Shown here piece by piece: positions 30,596-39,868 of a stretch of DNA of 39,868 bases (positions are counted from its first letter, which is position 1; each line of letters opens with the position of its first letter). A model generated the notes under the pieces. That model searched no databases, was not told where the DNA came from, and saw only the letters and a list, made by a program, of their open reading frames with translations. The DNA is from Macrostomum lignano (taxonomy: Eukaryota). A program made the position numbers and the translations under genes. The stretch spans positions 1 through 39,868 of the forward strand of contig NIVC01002113.1 of NCBI GenBank assembly GCA_002269645.1, written 5' to 3'.

Positions 30596-33014
30596 TGATG
30601 GGTTTCGACCTTCGGGCTCCTTGTTAGGGAAGCCTTCGGGCCTCAGGCTCAGAAATAAATCAATTAGAGACCTGGCCCCCCACTCCTGTCAGATGGTCAG
30701 CCCCATGGTAACTTGATCGTGTGGCGAGCAGTCTAGGTCCTATAGCTAAGAGAGGGACAGCGAGAGACGAGCAGGGAGAATTTTGAAAGTAGAAATTAGC
30801 TAATCCGCAGATCAACTAACTTGCTGCCACCAGCCCGTGCGCCCTGGCTCACCACACCGGGACTCTCGAAATCGGGCTTCCGACTAGAAGGGGCTTTGCA
30901 CTTACCTGCCAACTAGTGTCTTTTTGCTGTCAATCTCGAAGTCATAGCCGATGATAAGGGACACTGCTGGGACTAGATCGCGTTGGCCATGCAGGTACAG
31001 AGGGGACTTGTGCAGGGGATTCTTGCGGTGGCGAGTCTATGGGGTAGCTACATGTACTATTACATTGCTAAATACGAAGATATGTACTTTTAGCCTTCAA
31101 CGCGCCAACTAGCCTCTCATAGCGCTGATGATAGGCTAACTCGAACCTCAGAGACCGCATGATTCATTTACCCGAGCCGCTTGGCTACCCTAGAGTGCAC
31201 AAAGTACATCTCTGGCGCCGATTCTGCACTTTTGGCAGTTTTGCTCACTGATTTGTTAGATTGGTCGACTGAGAACTGCCTTGCCATTGGTCCACTGTGA
31301 CCGGCGCCTACTAGCTTAGCTACTCATCTGAGCCATCGGCGAACAAAGAAATAAAGCCGACAAAGATAACTGTTAGATTTAACCTTCTCCTTAATTCACT
31401 TCACACTTTAGATTGAATTGGAGTCTTAGACTACTGCTGGCAGTATTATTGAATGATTCCTGCCTCAGCAACAGCACTACTGAACAAAATGAGCAAAAGT
31501 GTGCGCCTAATTCAGCTACTGCAACAGGGGACAGAAAAGGGATCACCCAATCAAGCAAGTCTAGGTAGCCTCTCACCCAACCAATCAGAAACTCAACAGC
31601 CGGAGACCAGGTATTCCACAGTGACCGAATCGGCTCGATGCTCTGCAGCTGTAGACTCGGGATGATGCTGTCACAATCTTCGCTGTTAGCTAGCAGGTGA
31701 TGCTCTTAACTGGATGTTCGCTGCTGTCGACCGGGGGACTCGTTCTTGATGATGATGGGGGAAGTTGCAATCCGGGGATCAAGAAACGACGGTCGTGCTC
31801 CGGGAACCAGAAGTTGCGCGCTGGGCCCGAGCCAAAGTAAGAAGAAGTAGTGTCCGAGCGGGCCAAAAACTCCGGTTTAAATAGCCGCCAACTGGACCGT
31901 AGTTTGTTATAACGGAACACGTCGATTCTGATTGGCTGAGCCGTTTTGTTAAAATGAGCGCCGAATTTTCTGATTGGCTAAGCTCGTTGCTACCCAGAAT
32001 CACGTGACCGAGAGATCCTATCAGTTCCCACAGGGTCGTAAAAAGATGACAGGTGCGGCCATAAATCACTCAAAATCGCAACAAAATGATTTATGATTTT
32101 TCGCGTAGGATTGACAGAAATTAATGAAAAAATATACATTAGAAAGCTCTTATTAAATAGAAAGTGAAGATAATGAAGAGAAATCGCTAATCCCAAGGTA
32201 CTTTTAGGGGTAAAACGCATAGCTGTCAAAGCTGTCACACGCTTGAGTGAATCCGAACAATAGGCTTTGACCTCATAAATCTTGATGGCCTGTCAAAATG
32301 ATGAGAAAAAAGCTACCGCCCGCATCCTCTCAGACCATCTGGCGCCCGCTTCAACACTGAGTGAGGCGCAGGTGGCTGTCAGATCAGCTTCGAAAGCGAT
32401 GATTTATGACCCAAAAAGCTGCGCCTGAGTTATTATGACTACTAGTATGGCCAGACATTATATCTAGTATAGATTCTATGACAATTTGCAGAAAAAAGAT
32501 AAAAATGCCCCTTGCCCACTGTTAGTAGGCTAGTAAGTTTCGAGCCCATGTGCTAGCGCGGGATTTGGGAAAAAGTGCGTCCTCATCATGATACTGAAAT
32601 TGAGCATGAAAAAGCTCATTGAGCATCATTTTCTCTATAATGCAGCTGCTATCTCACGGGAGCTGCAAACACAGCTTTTAAATTGGGCTGAGTAGCTGAT
32701 TGGGCCGCCTTGTTTCCACGGCGCCTCCGGTGTGCAGGGAATACAGGTAGCTGCATGGTTTGGTGAGCCGGGGCGCACGGACTGGTGGCAGCGGGTTAGT
32801 TAATCCGCGGGTTAGCTAATCTCTACCTTTCAAATTCTCCCTGCTTGTCTCTCGACTCGCTGTCTTCCCTTAGCTATAGGACCTTGCTGCTCGCCACACA
32901 ATCCAGCTACCACGGGGCTGACCATCTGACAGGAGTGAGAAGCCAGAGTTCTAAGTGATTCATTTCTGAGTTCTGAGGCCCAGAGCTACAGGCTTAAAAA
33001 GGCCGAACCCATCA
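30596..33014. mobile_element. Unclassified 2.4-kb element bounded by diverged inverted repeats of about 260 bp (30596-30858 and 32757-33014)
   Basis: For example, CACTCCTGTCAGATGGTCAGCCCC and GGTCCTATAGCTAAG on the left are reverse complements of GGGGCTGACCATCTGACAGGAGTG and CTTAGCTATAGGACC on the right. The two copies differ at many positions. No TSD and no recognisable ORF were found. Confidence 0.65.
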
Positions 33015-34084
33015 GAATGTTGCGGAGCTGCGTCATGCCATTGAAAACGCTCATTCTCTAGGAAACTTGATCGACACAAATAATTGGCACCAGTATTGCT
33101 TTCGACTACGTTAACAACGAGACGCGCCAATTCAAATAGGACGCCATACGAGATCTTTGCGAGTATTGCAAGACAACAGTGGCAGAAAAAGACTAGAGTG
33201 GGAAGTGAGTTGCTTGCTTCCTATTCAGGTTAGTATTTTGCGTTGGTCTAACTTGAGCCTGGGGCACAGACTGTGGTCAGGGAAAGAGCAGGGAAAGTGG
33301 AAGTAGGAAAAGTGACTCCAATTTTATTTACGTACCAAGATTTCCTTGGTTCTATCCGCGATCCGAAGATCAAATATACTAAGTCTGCGGAGCTCAGTCT
33401 GCTTTCCATATACTCGTACCTTTGCTTGAGGAGCATTTGGATCAGTGAGGAGTCTGGCTAAAGTCTCGTTTCGATTGCCAAAAGCGATACAGTATTACAT
33501 TACAATGTATTTCAAGCGATTAAACTGGTCAATGGGCTATAAGTTGCATTCAGCAACAGATTCATATTGAGGCCACACAATGTGACATTATTGGCACAAT
33601 GTTACGTCAATAAATGCAGAAGTATTGTATATAGTTGTAATACAGAAAAGCGACAATAGTTAGATAATGACATTGGAAATTGAATTTCGCGATAGTATTA
33701 CACCAACGCCACACGGCATTAACGCCGAACGGTGAAAAGTTAAACACAAGAAAAATGCACGGACTTGAAAGTAAACGATTTGCTTGGTTGCGTCGGAATT
33801 AAATCAGTAAATCAGTAAGAAGCATACGCTTTTTAAATTGCGAGTACCCGGTATGCACCATCACAGTTCGCAGCTGGGCAAATTATTCTGAAGAGAAGAA
33901 GAATTACGATTTTATTAGCAGAGCTACGAGAAGGGGAGCCGCCGGGGGAGGAGGGGCTAGGGAAAGAGGAGGGTATAAAAGGCTATTTAAAAACACTGTA
34001 GCAGACGGGTTATGCATGACACAGTAAGTAAAACAGAGAGGAGGGAAGAGCGTAACGAAGGGATAACCAAGGAGAGTAGAGGGT

Positions 34085-36120
34085 GGGCGCTGGAGTGGAG
34101 GAGAGGGAGGGCGCTGGAGTGGAGGAGAGGGAGGGCGCTGGAGTGGAAGAGAGGGAGGGCGCTGGAGTGGAGGAGAGGGAGGGCGCTGGAGTGGAGGAGA
34201 GGGAGGGCGCTGGAGTGGAGGAGAGGGAGGGCGCTGGAGTGGAGGAGAGGGAGGGCGCTGGAGTGGAGGAGAGGGAGGGCGCTGGAGTGGAGGAGAGGGA
34301 GGGCGCTGGAGTGGAGGAGAGGGAGGGCGCTGGAGTGGAGGAGAGGGAGGGCGCTGGAGTGGAGGAGAGGGAGGGCGCTGGAGTGGAGGAGAGGGAGGGC
34401 GCTGGAGTGGAGGAGAGGGAGGGCGCTGGAGTGGAGGAGAGGGAGGGCGCTGGAGTGGAGGAGAGGGTAGGGGCTGATGGGAGAAGAGGGTGGGCGCTGG
34501 AGGGGAGTAGAGGATGGGGGCTGGAAAGTAAAGGAAGAGAGGGTAGGGCTAGAGAGGGGGAGGCGCTGGAGGTGGAAAGAGGGAATAGTAGAGGCTGGAT
34601 AGGGAAAAGTATAACGCGGGAAGGATAGGAAAAGTAGGAGGGTATGGAGAGTATAGGGAGGGCATAGAGGGTACAGGGAGTCCATGGGTGGGTATAGAAA
34701 AAGTATGGAGGGTATGGAGGGTATGGAGAGGTTATAAGGAGAGTATAGGGATGGTATGGAGGGTATATGGAGGGTATGAATGGGTATAGAAGGGTATGGA
34801 GGGTATAGGGAGAGTATGGAGGGTATAGGGAGAGTATGGAGGGTATATGGAGGGCATAGAGGGTACAGGGAGTCCATGGGTGGGTATAGAAAAAGTATGG
34901 AGGGTATGGAGGGTATGGAGAGGTTATAAGGAGAGTATAGGGATGGTATGGAGGGTATAGGGATGGTATTGAGGGTATAGGAATGGTATGGAGGGTATAG
35001 GGATGGTATGGAGGGTATATGGAGGGTAAGAATGGGTATAGAAGGGTATGGAGGGTATAGGGAGAGTATTGAGGGTATATGGAAGGCATAGAGGGTACAA
35101 GGAGGCCATGTATGGGTATAGAAAAAATATGGAGGGTATGGAGAGTATACGGAGGGTATATGGAGGGTATAGAGGGTATAGGGAGAGTATTGAGGGTATA
35201 AGGAGGGTATAGAGAATAGGAGGGAATGGAAGGGTAGAACGGGAGGGAATGGAGGGGTAGAATGGGAGGGAATGGAAGGGTAGAATGGGAGGGAATGGAA
35301 GGGTAGAATGGGAGGGAATGGAAGGGTAGAACGGGAGGGAATGGAAGGGTAGAACGGGAGGGAATGGAGGGGGTAGAATGTGAGGGAATGGAAGGGTAGA
35401 ATGGGAGGGAATGGAAGGGTAGAATGGGAGGGAATGGAGGGGGTAGAATGTGAGGGAATGGAGGGGTAGAATGGGAAGGAATAGAAGGGTAGAATGGGAA
35501 GGAATGGAAGGGTAGAATGGGAGGGAATGGAGGGGGTAGAATGTGAGGGAATGGAAGGGTAGAATGGGAGGGAATGGTGGGGGTAGAATGGGAGGGAATG
35601 GAGGGGTAGAATGGGAAGGAATGGAAGGGTAGAACGGGAGGGAAAGGTGGGGTAGAATGGGAGACACAGAAAAACTGCTTACTAGAACAAATATAATATT
35701 AAAGTACACCTTGCAACATTTTTGTTAGCATTAGCTAGATAGAGGCACCTGGAAAAGAGTTGGCAATATCCAACTATAACTTATTGAACTTAAGGTAGTT
35801 AAATAGTTCCATATTTTCTAGCTCTATAGTTTCGCCTTTTTGAAAGGTGCTTGAAATGCTGAATTCAATTTTCCAATTTGAAATCCATTTCTAGATTTTG
35901 AATTGCCTTGGGTTTATAGCTTAAAACCCAAGGGTGAAAAGATTGAAGGGCAGGATGGCGGAAATTGGGGGATGGGCAGGATAGGAAGGAATTGGGGGGT
36001 GGGCAGGATAGGAGGGAATTGGGGGGTGGGCAGGATAGGAGGGAATTGGGGGGTGGGCAGGATAGGAGGGAATTGGGGGATAGGCAGGATAGGAGGGAAT
36101 TGGGGAGGGGCAAAGATGGG
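34085..36120. repeat. Right-arm tandem arrays, mirror of the left arm; the 24-bp array (34085-34470) has only about 16 units
   Basis: G-rich on the + strand: GGAGTGGAGGAGAGGGAGGGCGCT, GGAGGGTAT, GGAATGGAAGGGTAGAATGGGAG and GGGCAGGATAGGAGGGAATTGGGG units. Confidence 0.93.
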
Positions 36121-38187
36121 AGATAATTGAGAAGCATGATATAAAGGAATTAAGAGAGGGAAAAAGTAAAAATATAATGATTGAGAGAACAGACATAGGT
36201 AGAGGATAGGCAGACTAGAGTAGATAGGCCTAGGCTAAATGCAATATAAGTATATAATTCATATGACAATAAATATAAAGTAAATACACAACTGAACTAA
36301 TATTAATTAATTTATTCATTAGGAAGGTTATTGGCTTCTTTTTCTTTTTCTATAGCTAGGCCTATACATTTCATAATATTGGCCTACAACAATTATTAGA
36401 TTGTTAGACAAGAAGCATAAAATATAATAGGGTCTAAAATAGCTAGCCTATTTTAGACCATATACATTTTATAGACTAATAATTTAGTAGGCCTACTCTT
36501 AATAGCTATAGGCCTATTACTAAAATAAAATAACATAGCTAGCTACCTATCATAGGCCTAAAATTGACAAGGCCTTTTGTGTTTCTTTTCATGGTACAAG
36601 TATAGAGTGATATTAAAATAAAGAATACAACTAAGAGCTAAAAAATTATACTAAATACCTGGCAATAAAGAAGAAAAACAAAGTAGATTAAAGCAGAATG
36701 CAATACAAAATGGCCCACATATTGATAAGAAGGCCAATATAAGGCCAATAACTGGGTGAGCCAAGGCCACCTAGCTAGCTAGCCATCAAGCTTTTACTTT
36801 TTTTAAGCCAATTAATATCTGCCTGCAACAGGACCATTTCATCCTTATTGTCATTGTCAAGAGGTCCAAGTAGCTAGTTTATTTTACAATCATTAACCTC
36901 CTAATTAAATTTCATTCAGTCATGTCATACATGGCTTTTTGTGCAAGCTAGGGCGACACATTTCCAAAGTTTTCGACTCTAGACACAAACTGCTTTATTA
37001 GTCTAGGTCTTGAATTCATACATACTAACACAATGCCCTATACTAATTAAATATGTCGAGCCATTATAATATTGGTTGTGCGTAGGCTTTTGAATTGCGC
37101 GCCATAACTGCCCAATACAAGTATATACAGTCCGCTTTTAATCAGAAGGAAAGCATGTTATGCTGGCAGTCGACATGCCATCTACCCTATCTAATCGTAG
37201 AAAACGTTTACCTTTTCTACCGATTAAATCCATGCTGGTCGGGTGATGTAAGCATTAAAAAACCCGGATTATTATTAGTACAACAAATAGATTGCAAAAT
37301 TAAAAAATAACAAAGCATTAGAATATCAAAGACGTATTTTTTGCATTACCCAACACAATAAACTCAATAATTCATTTTTCTAAGTGTTATAAGTAAAACA
37401 ATTTTGTTTTGTGTACACAGCTACGAGTATTTAACATTCGTTACATCTGTGATTTTTAAATTCATTTTGCTCTTTAAGCAATAATTATGGTTCATTCCGT
37501 AGAAACAACTGAAAGGTGGTGGAGACAGAAATATTTCTAAGACAAAAATAAAGCTTTCAGTATAAAATTATAGAGAAAAAAGTTGTTAGCCAAATTGGTG
37601 TGGCATTGGCCAAAAAGCGAGGCGATTGCATCACAACCCACTGTTCCTAAACCTAAAACCAATGTCCATCACACTGTTTTTGCATTGTATTACTTACCTA
37701 AGATTACCAGAAACACAAGCTTAGATTTTTTATTGCTCCGACCCGCTTCTGTTTTTTTGAGTGTCAAAGTTCTGATTTAAGTTCAACTTAAGCACTTTTT
37801 ATATTTAAATTTTGTTGACTTTAATTTATTTTGCTGGCAGTTCTTCATTCACAAATATAATACCTTTACATATATGATATCCTAAGAAATAAATATATGT
37901 AAACCTAAAGTCAATAGGCAATATAAATAACTTGTGTATTATGTATGTATTTATATATTGTGTATTTATATAATTGTCAAAATATACACCTAATGTCACA
38001 TATTCAAAGACTTTACCTAGATTTTTACAAATATTTTACAATTTAGTCCGCCCAAATTAATACAATTAAGCTATTCAAATCTTGCGACTGCTAATGAGTT
38101 TTGCATTTTTGTAGCATTACTAAAAACGAATAGATAATCAATTCATGACCGGACTCGCTTAGCGACATCCCAGCAACAAGCCAGGCA

Positions 38188-39173
38188 ATGTCGCGAGTTG
38201 GCAATCTGCCAATGGAGAGTCTGTCAGTCTCGGTTGGCGGTCCGAGCTCCTCTGTCTCTCGCAACAGGACGGAGCTGAGAAGCAACAGCAGCGGTGGAAT
38301 TCGCCAGCTGTCCGCCTCGGCCTATCCGGGCTCGCCAACCGGCTGGGAGCTGGGCCGGCGACCCTCCGTTGTTTTCGGCGAGTCTGAGACAACAGAGGAG
38401 CTGGCCAAGACTCGCTTCATGCGCAGCAATAAGCAGCAGAAAAAGCACGAGGTGATTTCAGCTTCACTTCCGGAAATTTCGGATAAAATAACATACTTCC
38501 GGTCACTTTAGATAGACTATCTGATGTACTTCCGGTCACATTAGATAGACTATCTATGCACTTCCGGTCACGTTTGATAGACTATCCATGCACTTTCGGT
38601 CACGTTAGACTATCTGCTATACTTCCTGTCACATTTGATAGACTATCTACAGTATTTACTTCCGGTCACGTTTGATAGACTATGTACTTCCGGTCACGTT
38701 AGATAGACTATCTATGCACTTCCGGTCTTGGTATATAAGATCACATGTTGTCTTCTACACTACCAAATCATTTCAAATATACTTAGATTTCATTTCCGGT
38801 TACCGAAAAAAAGATCGAAAACCATCCTTTCTACACCACTTAATCCCCACCAGGAGCGCATGGACAAAAACCGTCAGGCTGTTGAGGACCAACTTCGTGA
38901 GTTCATGAAGCGCCACTTCCACCGGAAGGAGTGCTGCCTGTTCGAAGAGAAAGATGCGGGAAAGTGCGCCTGCGGCGAGGTGCGAGACAAGCACGACAGG
39001 CAGTTTCTGCAGACGGGCAGCACGGAGAAATGGGCGGCTGAGAAGCATCTGCAGAAGGTCGGCCGCACCAACGCATTTGGCAGGATTAAACTGATTCAAC
39101 GAAGGGATTTGACAACCGGGAGCCGATCAACTTTGTGCGACTCTGCGACGAGACGACATGGGAATGATACTGG
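38188..39173 (+). CDS. TRPM-family cation channel, 5' exons (38188-38451 and 38854-39173); the gene continues beyond the window
   Basis: Exon 2 encodes FMKRHFHRKECCLFEEKDAGKCACGEVRDKH...EKWAAEKHLQKVGRTNAFGRIK...INFVRLCDETTWE. This matches the TRPM N-terminal pattern (KREC..C.CG...W...HT....T.A.G.I.F...Y.RL..DT). Exon 1 ends GAG|GTGATT and exon 2 starts CACCAG|GAG in phase 0. Indels near 39090 and 39165 break the frame, possibly from low-quality consensus. Exon 1 is less certain than exon 2. Confidence 0.8.
38495..38727. repeat. About 32-bp minisatellite (ACTTCCGGTCACGTTAGATAGACTATCTATGC)n, about 8 units, TRPM intron 1
   Basis: ACTTCCGGTCAC recurs throughout. Confidence 0.9.
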
Positions 39174-39868
39174 GTGAGTCACAGATGGGCTGTGATACTG
39201 GCGTGAGTCACGGATGGGCTGTGATACTGGGTGAGTCACAGATGGGCTGTGATACTGGGTGAGTCACGGATGGGCCTGTTGATACTGGCTGTGAGTCACG
39301 GATGGGCTGTGATACTGGGGAGTCACGGATGGCTGTGATACTGGGTGAGTCACGGATGGGCTTGATACTGGGTGAGTCACGGATGGGCTGTGATACTGGG
39401 TGAGTCACAGATAGGCTGTGTGATACTGGGTGAGTCACAGATGGGCTGTGATACTGGGTGAGTCACAGATGGCTGTGATTACTGGGGAGTTCACAGATGG
39501 CATGATACTGGGTGAGTCACAGGATGGCAATGATACTGGCGTGAGTCACAGATGGGCAATTGATACTGGTGTGAGTCACAGATGGCAATGATACTGGTGA
39601 GTCACAGTATGGGCAATGATACTGGGTGAGTCACAGATGGGCAATGATACTGGGTGAGTCACAGATGGGCAATGATACTGGGTGAGTCACAGATGGGCAA
39701 TGATACTGGGTGAGTCACAGATGGGCAATGATACTGGGTGAGTCACACTATGGCAATGATACTGGGTGAGTCACAGATGGGCAATGATACTGGGTGAGTC
39801 ACAGATGGGCAATGATACTGGTGAGTCCACAGATGGGCAATGATACTGGGTGAGTCACAGATGGGCAA
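39163..39868 (+). repeat. About 28-bp minisatellite (GATACTGGGTGAGTCACAGATGGGCAAT)n, about 25 units, starting at the TRPM exon-2 donor and running off the window
   Basis: Directly visible; the units show scattered indels. Confidence 0.95.

Larger units (their letters stand above)
24366..37245. mobile_element. 12.9-kb foldback-type DNA transposon: inverted arms 24366-28789 and 33051-37245, 8-bp TSD ATGTAAGC, non-autonomous, with nested cargo
   Basis: The arms are reverse complements of each other; the same ORF translations appear on opposite strands in the ORF track. Termini are CACCCGACCAGCATGG...CCATGCTGGTCGGGTG. ATGTAAGC lies at 24358-24365 and 37246-37253. Confidence 0.92.

Noticed and set aside
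31123-31150. CTGATGA...GAAC hammerhead core
   Set aside because: The intervening TAGGCTAACTC cannot form stem II.
24366-37245. Polinton/Maverick or viral identity for the large inverted-repeat element
   Set aside because: There are no polB, integrase, ATPase or capsid ORFs, the TSD is 8 bp rather than 6, and the termini are not AG-repeat type.
24366-37245. Palindrome as a sequencing or assembly artefact
   Set aside because: Unlikely given the flanking 8-bp direct duplication, the 4.3-kb unique spacer and arm-specific differences, though read-level confirmation is still needed.
8703-39868. CRISPR-like appearance of the regular arrays
   Set aside because: Units are head-to-tail with no unique spacers, there are no cas genes, and the DNA is eukaryotic.

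Overview
Eukaryotic (metazoan) genomic DNA with spliceosomal introns. The GC-rich exons and minisatellite-filled introns resemble the flatworm Macrostomum, but that is an inference and not an identification. Six genes or gene remnants alternate in orientation: (1) a frameshifted ankyrin-type TRP channel fragment (-); (2) an intronless prominin-like gene (+) split by a 1.76-kb TIR element and two frameshifts; (3) a clean 2-exon ankyrin plus probable death-domain gene (-); (4) a Ser/Thr/Pro-rich orphan ORF (+); (5) a complete 8-exon p55/MPP-type MAGUK (-); (6) the first two exons of a TRPM channel (+). The main structural discovery is a 12.9-kb foldback-type element (24366-37245). It has 4.2-4.4-kb terminal inverted arms, CACCCGACC termini and an exact 8-bp target-site duplication (ATGTAAGC). 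Its centre carries a decayed Tc1 element and a second, older inverted-repeat element, but no transposase of its own. A 28-bp minisatellite at the right end is a tandem amplification of a real exon/intron junction. Most long ORFs in the supplied track are artefacts of tandem repeats. All alignments were done by eye; no searches were run.
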